From positions 14,421 through 78,420 of the forward strand of contig CAIJNL010000026.1 in the NCBI GenBank assembly GCA_903822005.1: 64,000 nt of DNA, read 5' to 3'. This document shows positions 48,333 to 56,180 of this stretch, piece after piece; position 1 is the stretch's first letter, and each line of letters starts with the position of its first letter. Below the pieces are notes generated by a model that saw nothing but the letters and a program-made list of their open reading frames with translations, did not search any database and had not been told where the DNA came from. Made by a program: the position numbers and the translations under genes. The stretch comes from an uncultured Nitrospiraceae bacterium (GTDB lineage: Bacteria > Nitrospirota > Thermodesulfovibrionia > Thermodesulfovibrionales > Dissulfurispiraceae).

Positions 48333-51009
48333 AAACGGCGAAATCCTGTTAAATCAGAACGCGTCCAATTGCGGTGATGGAGCTGAAGAACTGCGCCGGC
48401 TCAAGGTTCTTTTTGAACTCACAACCTCTATAATATCCATCACAGATTCAGAAGAGCTTTTAAACAAGCTATCCAGGGAGAGCGTCAAGTTCTTCAATGC
48501 CGGGGCCTCTATCATCCGCCTGCTAAAAGATGGAAAGTTGATGCTTGCGGCCCATACCGGGCTTGAAGACAATGTTATACAGGAGCGCGGTATAGGCGAA
48601 GGCCTCTGCGGCAGGGCTGCTGAAACCGGATCTACCATTTTTTTTGACCAGTCTGTTGACCATGACCGCTTCACTCCCATGTCTAAAATGCAGGTCGGTA
48701 TTTGCACCCCTATGAAAATAGGGGCGACTCTTATAGGCAGCTTCGCTCTTCTTGATAAAAAAGATGGTTCGGGGAATATCGTTCCTTTTAATGAAGACGA
48801 CAGGATCACCATTGAGGGCTTTGCTTCCGTTGCCGCCATTGTTATAGAGAAATCAATTTTTTATGAAAATGCGGTCAAGCAGGAATATGAGGCCATAGAG
48901 GCAAAGAAACATACCGAGATGCTTAAGGACTATCTGCAGGGCCTCATCGATAACTCGTCCGACTCTGTGATCACGACCGATCTGAACGGAATAGTTACTT
49001 CCTGGAATGACGCCTCGGTAAAGATGTTCGGCTATTCCTTTGAAGAGGCGATTGGCCAGTTCGTTCCTACTGTTCCTCACTTTCTCGTTGAAACCGAAAA
49101 GAATTACCTCGAACAGATAAAGGGCGGCGAATCCGTAAAAGAAGTGGAAACCGTCAGCAAGACAAAGGACGGCCGCATACTTGATATAAGCCTGAATATG
49201 GCCCCCATAAAAGACACGCATGGAAACATCCTCGGAGTCAGCAGGATAGGAAGGGACATAACCGAAAAAAAGCGCGTCGAAAAAGACCTTATGCGCAAGA
49301 ACAACGAACTCTCCCGGCTTCTTTTTATCAGCTCAAACATGCGGGGCACGCTCGAACTCGACAGACTGCTGAGGATGGTACTTACAGCAGTTACAATGGG
49401 CGACGGCCTCGGATTCAACAGGGCAATGCTCTTTCTCGTTGATGAAAAAGCGGGTACCATCCGGGGCGCTATGGGTGTGGGGCCCGCTAACCATGACGAG
49501 GCATGGGAGATATGGTCCCGCCTCTCGATGGAACATAAGGACATACATGACATGATGGCCGAGATTGAACAGGGCCCACTGAGCAAAGATTCCCTGATGG
49601 ACAGGCTCTGCTGCGGTATTGCCGTTCCGCTCGGGGAAGATACCATACTCACGCGGGCTGTGAAAGAGAAAAAGTCGTTCAATGTTACAGACGTCCTTGC
49701 CGAGCCCCTTTCCGACGGGGCGCTTGTTGATCAGCTCGGCACAATGGCTTACGCGGTTTTACCGCTGATCTCCATGGACCGGGTCATAGGAGTGCTATGG
49801 GTCGACAATCTCTTCTCGCGAAAGCCGATCATTGATCATGACATGGATATATTGAAGGGCTTTACCGACCAGATAGCGTCGGCCATCGAAAATGCCCGCC
49901 TTTTCGAAGAGATAGCAATGACCGAACAGGAACTTGAGAACATATTCGATTCAATCTCGGACCTCGTGTTTATCAATGACAGCAACTATGTGATAAACAA
50001 GATCAATAAGGCCGTCACAGTTAAGATAGGCAAGCCCGAGGAAGAGATCATCGGAAAGAAGTGTTACCAGATATTCCACGGGATGGACAGTCCCTGGGAC
50101 CTCTGCCCCCATCACAAAACCATACTGTCCAAAAAACCGTTTGTCGGTGAAGTGGATGATAAAAACCTGGGAGGCACATATTTGATATCGAGTTCGCCGC
50201 TCCTGGATAAGGACGGTGAGTTGACTGGCACTGTACATATTGCGCGTGATGTTTCAGAGATTAAAAAGCTGAAAGAAAAATTCGTCGCAGTAGAGCGCAT
50301 GGCCGCACTCGGAGAGATGGCTGCCAAAGTGGCCCATGAGATCAGAAATCCCCTGCTCTCGATCGGCGGTTTCGCCAGACGCCTCGAAAAAAAACTGGAC
50401 AAGGACATGAAGGAGCAGGCAAAAATCATAGTGGATGAGGTGACGCGGCTCGAAAGCATACTTAACAATACCCTCAACTTCGTCAAGGGTTCCATACCCG
50501 AGCGGCATGAGGTAATGGCTTCCGACCTCGTGAATGATATCTTCGCGCTTCTCGAACCGGCCGTGAGAGACCGCGGCAACGCACTTATTATCGAGGTCGA
50601 GCAGTCCCTCGTTCTATTGGTCAATTACGACCGCCTCAAGGAAGCGATGCTCAACCTGATAAACAATGCGAATTTTGCGACCGAAAATGGTACGATAAAA
50701 ATAAAGGCGCATGCTGTCTCGACATTCTCTGGTCCCGATCTGCTGGGCTACGAGGCCGAACACAGGGAGGCAGTGATAGAGATCAGCGATACCGGGTCGG
50801 GCATAAAGGAAGAGGACATCGACCGCATATTCGATCCGTTCTATACGACAAGACCGACCGGCACCGGGCTCGGACTCTCCATAACAAAGAGGATCATAGA
50901 GGAGCATGGCGGCAGGATCGAAGTAGAGAGCAAGGCGGGTAAAGGCACCATTTTCAGAATATACATTCCCATGAAAGGGGGCGCGCATGAAGATACTGGT
51001 GGTGGATGA
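48325..51009 (+). CDS. Soluble multi-sensor histidine kinase (GAF-PAS-GAF-PAS-HisKA-HATPase)
   Basis: The start MAENGEILL at 48325 overlaps the glgA stop (ATGGCTGA). No TM helix is visible. PAS-like segments include SVITTDLNGIVTSWNDA. The H-box is VAHEIRNPL. The ATPase motifs are NLINNA and DTGSGI...GTGLGLS. Confidence 0.85.
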   Translation: MAENGEILLNQNASNCGDGAEELRRLKVLFELTTSIISITDSEELLNKLSRESVKFFNAGASIIRLLKDGKLMLAAHTGLEDNVIQERGIGEGLCGRAAETGSTIFFDQSVDHDRFTPMSKMQVGICTPMKIGATLIGSFALLDKKDGSGNIVPFNEDDRITIEGFASVAAIVIEKSIFYENAVKQEYEAIEAKKHTEMLKDYLQGLIDNSSDSVITTDLNGIVTSWNDASVKMFGYSFEEAIGQFVPTVPHFLVETEKNYLEQIKGGESVKEVETVSKTKDGRILDISLNMAPIKDTHGNILGVSRIGRDITEKKRVEKDLMRKNNELSRLLFISSNMRGTLELDRLLRMVLTAVTMGDGLGFNRAMLFLVDEKAGTIRGAMGVGPANHDEAWEIWSRLSMEHKDIHDMMAEIEQGPLSKDSLMDRLCCGIAVPLGEDTILTRAVKEKKSFNVTDVLAEPLSDGALVDQLGTMAYAVLPLISMDRVIGVLWVDNLFSRKPIIDHDMDILKGFTDQIASAIENARLFEEIAMTEQELENIFDSISDLVFINDSNYVINKINKAVTVKIGKPEEEIIGKKCYQIFHGMDSPWDLCPHHKTILSKKPFVGEVDDKNLGGTYLISSSPLLDKDGELTGTVHIARDVSEIKKLKEKFVAVERMAALGEMAAKVAHEIRNPLLSIGGFARRLEKKLDKDMKEQAKIIVDEVTRLESILNNTLNFVKGSIPERHEVMASDLVNDIFALLEPAVRDRGNALIIEVEQSLVLLVNYDRLKEAMLNLINNANFATENGTIKIKAHAVSTFSGPDLLGYEAEHREAVIEISDTGSGIKEEDIDRIFDPFYTTRPTGTGLGLSITKRIIEEHGGRIEVESKAGKGTIFRIYIPMKGGAHEDTGGG

Positions 51010-51337
51010 CGAGAAAAACATATTGAAACTTTACAAGGCTGAGCTGGAGGATGAGGGATATGAGATCGTAATTGCTAATTCCGGAAAGGAAGCGATAGAA
51101 CTATTCAAGACTGATAAACCCGACCTGGTCACCCTCGACATAATGATGCCGGACATGGACGGCATTCAGGTGCTCAGGCAGCTAAAACAGGAGGACCCCC
51201 AGGTTCCGGTCATCATGCTGACAGCGTATGACTACAGGGACGACTTTTCTGTCTGGGTATCTGACGCTTATGTAGTAAAATCTTCGGACCTGACGACGCT
51301 GAAGACGACCATAAAACAGATCATTGAAAAGAAATAG
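50987..51337 (+). CDS. Single-domain (CheY-like) response regulator
   Basis: 116 aa: MKILVVDDE...DLVTLDIMMPDMDG...MLTA. It overlaps the kinase stop by 23 nt. Confidence 0.88.
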   Translation: MKILVVDDEKNILKLYKAELEDEGYEIVIANSGKEAIELFKTDKPDLVTLDIMMPDMDGIQVLRQLKQEDPQVPVIMLTAYDYRDDFSVWVSDAYVVKSSDLTTLKTTIKQIIEKK

Positions 51338-52589
51338 TGAAACGCTTCAGGTCAGTGCTGAACGGCCCGCTTACGGCGGGCTCTCGATAGCACGCGTAGA
51401 TGGCGCTGTCCTTTTCATAAAAGGGGCTATACCCGGAGAGATTGTCGAAGCCGTAATAGACGAACAGAAAAAAGACTACTCCTTCGGCACTGCCGTAAAT
51501 ATCATCACGCCGTCCCGAGACCGCATTAAACCCGCATGTAAATACTTTGGCGCCTGCGGCGGCTGCCAGCTCCAGTATATCAGTTACGAAAGACAGGTTT
51601 CGCTCAAGGAAGAGATACTGTCCGACAGCGTAAGGCGCGGCGCAAAGATTGACATGCCGCTCTCTGCGTCCCTTTATGACGAGAACCCGTGGCGCTACAG
51701 GCACAGGGGCCAGTTCAAGGTATCCGGTGATACCATCGGCTTTTTCAGGGAGAAGTCCAGAGAGATCGTGGACATAGACTCATGCCCGCTTATGATAGAC
51801 GAGATCAATGAACTGCTTGCCAAAACGTCACTTTTATTAAAGTCAGAACCGGAAATGTTTCAGGCTATATCGGAAATACATATCTCATACGGAGATACCG
51901 GGATTGCATTGTTAAAAGTTTTGGAAAAAAGCGGACTGCCGCTTGATGCCGCAAAGATAGCTTCAACGATGCTTGGTGCCGGATTCGGCGGCATCTGCAT
52001 CGAACCGGCCCGTGGCAGGCCCGGTTTTTTCGGGAAACACCATACCACGTTTGATCTGGAGGGGATTAAATACGCTGTCTCTCCTCAGAGCTTTTTCCAG
52101 GGACACTGGAGATTGAACCGTTCCATTGTCAGGCTGACACGAGAGGCATTGCAGCCCTTGGCAGGAAAAAAGATCATTGATCTTTATTCAGGCGCAGGCA
52201 ATTTCGCGCTTCCGCTCGCGCTGGATGCCAAAGAAGTTATTGCGATTGAAGACAGTTCATCCGCGATTAATGACGGAAAAAGAAACGCTAAACTGAACAA
52301 TATCGATAATTGCCGTTTCGTAAAATGTGCCGCAGAACAGATTGACGAAGTCGGTGCCTGTGATGTCCTCGTTCTTGACCCGCCAAGGGCCGGGCTGACA
52401 AACAGAGTAATGAACAAGATACTTGCCCTCGAACCTGAAAGAATCGCATATATTTCATGCAATCCGGCCACATTTGCGAGAGACCTGAAGAAGCTGCTTG
52501 TTAAATACGAAATGGAATCTCTGCGCCTAATCGACTTCTTTCCCCAGACTTATCATATAGAATCGGCCGGTTTTTTTAGATTGAGATAG
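51324..52589 (+). CDS. rlmD: 23S rRNA (uracil-C5)-methyltransferase, RlmD/RumA family (TRAM + 4Fe-4S + SAM MTase)
   Basis: It has a TRAM-like N-terminus, the Cys cluster C...CGGCQLQ, the SAM motif DLYSGAGNF and the catalytic ISCNP. The apparent TTG start overlaps the regulator stop by 14 nt. Confidence 0.82.
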   Translation: MKRNSETLQVSAERPAYGGLSIARVDGAVLFIKGAIPGEIVEAVIDEQKKDYSFGTAVNIITPSRDRIKPACKYFGACGGCQLQYISYERQVSLKEEILSDSVRRGAKIDMPLSASLYDENPWRYRHRGQFKVSGDTIGFFREKSREIVDIDSCPLMIDEINELLAKTSLLLKSEPEMFQAISEIHISYGDTGIALLKVLEKSGLPLDAAKIASTMLGAGFGGICIEPARGRPGFFGKHHTTFDLEGIKYAVSPQSFFQGHWRLNRSIVRLTREALQPLAGKKIIDLYSGAGNFALPLALDAKEVIAIEDSSSAINDGKRNAKLNNIDNCRFVKCAAEQIDEVGACDVLVLDPPRAGLTNRVMNKILALEPERIAYISCNPATFARDLKKLLVKYEMESLRLIDFFPQTYHIESAGFFRLR

Positions 52590-52653
52590 GAACGCCGGCT
52601 TGAAGCCCGACCGTTTCCCTAAGGGCGTACCGGGCGCATAAGTAACCGCTATC

Positions 52654-52833
52654 TTATTGCCCGAAAACTTTCTTGACCTGGCCTATCTTTTCCTGGGTTT
52701 TACCGGCCATCTTGTCAGCATAACCGCTTGCCTGCAACTTGGGGTTGTCGGTGATTTCTCCCGCCGCTATTTTGACATCACCCTTTGTTTTGAGAAATGC
52801 GCCTTTTACCTTGTCCTTCATGCTGGATTTCAT
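52654..52833 (-). CDS. CsbD-family general stress protein (59 aa; below the ORF-track cutoff)
   Basis: My translation is MKSSMKDKVKGAFLKTKGDVKIAAGEITDNPKLQASGYADKMAGKTQEKIGQVKKVFGQ, the CsbD pattern (KGK..G....D.....G..DK..GK.Q...G). A GGAGG SD lies about 7 nt upstream of ATG 52833. Confidence 0.7.
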   Translation of the reverse strand: MKSSMKDKVKGAFLKTKGDVKIAAGEITDNPKLQASGYADKMAGKTQEKIGQVKKVFGQ

Positions 52834-53002
52834 GTTATTCCTCCCTTTTCTTCCTGGTTATAGTTTTTGTGGACTGCATATTATGTACAGCATAAGTCAT
52901 GCCAGGACCACTATTGAAAGGAATCTTCCTAAAAGGCGTTGATATCCTTAGGACTTAAGCGCAAACTTCGATGGGGAAATAATACTGAAAAGAGCGCATC
53001 CT

Positions 53003-53035
53003 GCTGACATATCAGGATTCTCCTGATATGTCAGC
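53003..53035. promoter_or_regulatory. 33-nt perfect palindrome (15-bp arms, 3-nt centre) in the csbD/usp divergent region
   Basis: GCTGACATATCAGGA-ttc-TCCTGATATGTCAGC, verified base by base. No flanking U-tract. It is operator-like or forms an RNA hairpin. Confidence 0.5.
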
Positions 53036-53136
53036 CACCTTTCCTATATCTTCAGATGCCGGGTCTTACCATCCACGCTTTGAAGTATTCACTAAAGTAG
53101 GTTTCATTCCCGCAAATAGGTAATATTGATCATAGA

Positions 53137-53169
53137 GGAATAAGATGAGTTGATCATCATGATTATTCC
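53137..53169. promoter_or_regulatory. Composite palindrome around a TGATCA core, with a direct repeat of TTGATCAT, upstream of usp
   Basis: GGAATAA-GATGA-gt-TGATCA-TCAT-ga-TTATTCC. TTGATCAT occurs at 53126-53133 and 53150-53157. It lies about 65-95 nt upstream of the usp ATG. Confidence 0.35.
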
Positions 53170-53231
53170 CCTTATTTTGGATATCGGTTACATGAAGAAA
53201 CGCAGACAATAATTTGCAAAGAGGAGGGCTT

Positions 53232-53684
53232 ATGATTTCAAAGATTCTTGTTCCGACGGACGGGTCCAAAGCGTCTCAAAAGGCAGCTATATATGCTGTA
53301 GACCTCGCAAAACATTTTAAAGCCACTGTAATTGCTCTGAGCATAGTTGATAAGCGGGGAATCATGGTCCAGGCCTTACCCGCCGGGGAGACTGCAAAGC
53401 AGGTAATAGAACCTATAGGGGATTATATGAGGAAAGCGGCTGAGGTATATGTCGGGGAAATAAAAAAGCTCTGTAATAAAAAAGGTGTCCTTTCAAAGAC
53501 TGTTATCACGACAGGGCATCCGGTTGAGTGTATCGTGAAAGAGGCCTCAAAGGCAAAGGTGGATTTGATTGTCCTTGGTTCCCACGGAAAGAGCGCTTTG
53601 GCAGCCACAATTCTCGGCAGTATAACTTATGGAGTAATCCACAAAGATACAAAGATTCCTGTACTTATCGTAAAGGGGAAGTAA
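53232..53684 (+). CDS. Universal stress protein (UspA family)
   Basis: MISKILVPTDGSKAS...VDLIVLGSHGKSALAATILGSITYGVIH...PVLIVK. A GGAGGG SD precedes ATG 53232. Confidence 0.88.
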   Translation: MISKILVPTDGSKASQKAAIYAVDLAKHFKATVIALSIVDKRGIMVQALPAGETAKQVIEPIGDYMRKAAEVYVGEIKKLCNKKGVLSKTVITTGHPVECIVKEASKAKVDLIVLGSHGKSALAATILGSITYGVIHKDTKIPVLIVKGK

Positions 53685-53720
53685 ACTGAGTCTTCGGTCC
53701 CGGGAAGCGAATACGTAAAC

Positions 53721-53761
53721 GGGACGGTCTTTTTAATCGCACCGAACAAACAGACCGTCCC
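53721..53761. terminator. Hairpin between convergent usp and the orphan gene (weak terminator candidate)
   Basis: GGGACGGTCT-(21 nt)-AGACCGTCCC forms a 10-bp perfect stem. The U content downstream is poor on both strands. Confidence 0.35.
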
Positions 53762-53793
53762 GTCCAATTCTGTAATTATTTCAGGCAGCTATA

Positions 53794-54207
53794 TTAATCT
53801 TCCAGGTACAGCCTTATAAGGTCATGAAACTCGAAATAATCCTTGCACTTTTTCCCATCTACAATACATGTTCCGGATACAGCGGCCGGGCGGGTGTTGA
53901 CATACCGGGCCTGGTTTTTGCGCTTATATACATCTTCCACGTACTCTGATATCTTATTGCCGCGATTACTGTCGCAAACAAGGTGTATGAAACAGGCATC
54001 CATCTTCGCATTGTAGTGGGCGTTCGAACCACATTTCATTTTAGCGAACCCCTTGCTTATATAATATTTGTATGCACTGTGAGAACACTCTTTCTCGGAC
54101 TTCTGAGTATCGGCAGAGGCGGCAGAGGCAAAAAGCACCATGACTGACCCTGCTATTAAAATTATCCTGGCAATTGAGCCGGTACTTATCACTTTTTTAG
54201 CTCTCAT
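53794..54207 (-). CDS. Hypothetical small secreted Cys-containing protein
   Basis: 137 aa. It has the signal peptide MRAKKVISTGSIARIILIAGSVMVLFASAASA and six Cys in the mature part. An AAGGGTG SD is present. I recognise no family. Confidence 0.55.
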   Translation of the reverse strand: MRAKKVISTGSIARIILIAGSVMVLFASAASADTQKSEKECSHSAYKYYISKGFAKMKCGSNAHYNAKMDACFIHLVCDSNRGNKISEYVEDVYKRKNQARYVNTRPAAVSGTCIVDGKKCKDYFEFHDLIRLYLED

Positions 54208-54500
54208 TTATACACCCTTTATCTAATATTTTCAGCGCAAGAAACCCTGACAACCTCCAGCACAACTTGCGTCCGTATCCTATTATACTGGATACCTTTG
54301 CATATTCACGTGATTGGGAACACAAAAAGCGGCTGAATTGGAAATTCGGGGGCAAGACCTTGACAGCATTGCGGGTAATTACCGACCGCGAGAAGCAAAC
54401 ACTGAAGCCAGTTGCAACACTTTGAAATTGAACTAATCTCCTCCGCTTAAAGAATGCTCATTTATGTTGAATGGAAATGACGGCAGGCTTCAGGCAAAAA

Positions 54501-54602
54501 TAAAGCCATACCTTCGGATTTGGGCGCCTGCTGCAATTCTCTTTGCTCCACTGCAAGTCTATGCTTCCAGAATCGCACCCAAATACCTGTTGTATGGCTT
54601 TA
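54501..54602. repeat. ~100-nt rod-like imperfect palindrome (candidate structured RNA or terminator)
   Basis: The 11-bp perfect closing stem is TAAAGCCATAC (54501-54511) with GTATGGCTTTA (54592-54602). The next tier is ATTTGGGCGC (54518-27) with GCACCCAAAT (54575-84), 9 of 10 paired, then AATTCT/AGAATT. An A5 run lies just upstream, which gives a U5 tail on the minus sense. Confidence 0.5.
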
Positions 54603-55014
54603 GCTTGTTTGCAATGTCCTCTGTGGTTACCATAGCACTCTTATCTTAGTTGCTATGGGGAGTTCCGACGGTGTTTCAGGCTTCCTTCTCGCTGCTGAAG
54701 GCTTGCTCACCACATCTGTCGCTCGCTCCCGTTTTAATGTTGTTCCTATGGCTGGCCATAGAAAACATTGCAAGTCTTATCTGATTTAAGTCTACTCTCT
54801 TTCAGCCCGAAAGTTAATCGGACGAATGCTGATTTTATTGTCAGTGTTTCCCTACACGATATCGCAGAGAATCATGGCAGCGTTGAAAATTCGCGATACT
54901 GCATAATCCGGTTAAAAAGTGTTACTATCGTTATATTCTGCAGCCTGTTTTGTATATAAACGAAGTGTTAGTGAATGCAGGACGATCTGAAACAGTGAGA
55001 GGGAAACCAAAAAC

Positions 55015-55815
55015 ATGCAAAATTATCTGAAAACAGCTATCGAGGCTGCCGGGCTCGCAGGCGAATATATCCTCGCAAACCGCGGTTTACTCTCGCCGGA
55101 TGACATAAGCCGCAAGCAGGCCTTTGATTTTGTCACCAGGGTTGACAGGGAATCAGAGCGGATGATAATCGAAATAATAAGGGAGAGCTTCCCCGATCAC
55201 GACATCCTTGCAGAGGAGTCCAGAAAGGACATCGAGACTGAAGGTTTTCGCTGGATTATCGACCCCCTTGACGGCACTACCAACTTTATCCATGGGTTCC
55301 CTGTTACCGCAGTCTCAATAGCCTTGCAGCACAGGAAAGAGATTGTGGTAGGCGTTGTTTTCGATCCGTTCAGGGAGGAACTCTTCACCGCGATTAAAGG
55401 AGAAGGCGCTTTCCTTAACGGCAAAAGGATCAATGTCTCCGGCACCGACCAGATGGGCAGCGCGTTGATAGGCACAGGTTTTCCGTTCAAGAAAAAGGAC
55501 CTTATAGACCGTTATCTGCAGCTTTTCAAGAAAGTGCTCACCCAGGTCAGCGATCTGCGCAGGCCGGGGGCAGCATCCATTGACCTCTCATATATTGCCT
55601 GCGGCAGGTTTGACGGTTTTTTTGAGATCGGACTCGAGCCCTGGGATGCCGCAGCAGGCGCCCTGATGATCAAAGAGGCAGGGGGCATCATCACCAATTT
55701 TGGCGGCGGAGAGGACTTCCTCGTTCCAGGCAATATAGTCGCCGGGAATTCCGTGATGCACGCGCTTTTGCTCGACATGGTAAAAGAAGTCTTTGCCGGA
55801 GTACTCGATAAATAA
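55015..55815 (+). CDS. suhB: Inositol monophosphatase family protein (SuhB-like)
   Basis: AEES, WIIDPLDGTTNFIHG and WDAAAG motifs are present. 266 aa. Confidence 0.88.
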   Translation: MQNYLKTAIEAAGLAGEYILANRGLLSPDDISRKQAFDFVTRVDRESERMIIEIIRESFPDHDILAEESRKDIETEGFRWIIDPLDGTTNFIHGFPVTAVSIALQHRKEIVVGVVFDPFREELFTAIKGEGAFLNGKRINVSGTDQMGSALIGTGFPFKKKDLIDRYLQLFKKVLTQVSDLRRPGAASIDLSYIACGRFDGFFEIGLEPWDAAAGALMIKEAGGIITNFGGGEDFLVPGNIVAGNSVMHALLLDMVKEVFAGVLDK

Positions 55816-55847
55816 TTGTATCGGAATGTATAGGCGGACCCACTGAG

Positions 55848-55990
55848 AGACGGTACTGACAACCGCCCCATGTCTCGCTAAAGTTGAATTTCGAACTTAG
55901 GCTTGCGCCAGATACTGAATACGCATATTTCTTTGCACTGACTTGTTTGGCTACAGCTACCGAGCCATGAGTCTGTCGTCAGTACCGTCT
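55848..55990. repeat. 143-nt rod-like imperfect palindrome just after the suhB stop
   Basis: The 13-bp perfect stem is AGACGGTACTGAC (55848-55860) with GTCAGTACCGTCT (55978-55990). The second tier is CATGTCTCG (55869-77) with CGAGCCATG (55961-69), 8 of 9 paired. An inner AAGTT...AACTT hairpin follows. Confidence 0.5.
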
Positions 55991-56015
55991 TCTAAGCACA
56001 TAGACCACATCTGGA

Positions 56016-56180
56016 CAAGCTGTCGGCAGGCCGGTGTCAGGGGCTTTCCCGATACCTTAATAAAATTTGCCGGACAACTTGGTATCCATTTACTATCCGG
56101 CTTATGAACTTTCGGCGAAGCCTGCTATGGTCGATCCCATCGAATTGGAAAGGCACTGACACCGGCCTGCCGACAGCTTG
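56016..56180. repeat. 165-nt rod-like imperfect palindrome abutting the hemY stop codon
   Basis: The 25-bp perfect inverted repeat is CAAGCTGTCGGCAGGCCGGTGTCAG (56016-56040) with CTGACACCGGCCTGCCGACAGCTTG (56156-56180). It is extended by CTTTCC/GGAAAG and CGAT/ATCG tiers. The spacer is 115 nt. Confidence 0.55.

Noticed and set aside
52590-52653. Imperfect GC-rich hairpin (GGAACGCCGGC-ttgaa-GCCCGACCGTTTCC) between convergent rlmD and csbD as a terminator
   Set aside because: The stem has several mismatches or bulges and no U-tract on either strand. This is not enough to call a terminator.
54464-54959. Two plus-strand ORFs (54464-54649, 61 aa; 54768-54959, 63 aa) inside the 807-bp gap
   Set aside because: They have no SD and no recognisable family. 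The first one runs straight through the 100-nt palindrome. I treat the region as non-coding, though a decayed gene cannot be excluded.
54208-55014. Possibility that the gap holds tmRNA, RNase P RNA, SRP RNA or a group II intron domain
   Set aside because: I searched by eye on both strands for the hallmark strings: GGGG...tag ORF...GGTTCGA(A/T)TCC...CCA; GAGGAAAGTCCGG; GGAAGGAAGCAGC-type SRP helix 8; domain V GAGCCGTAT. I found none. An Infernal scan is still needed.
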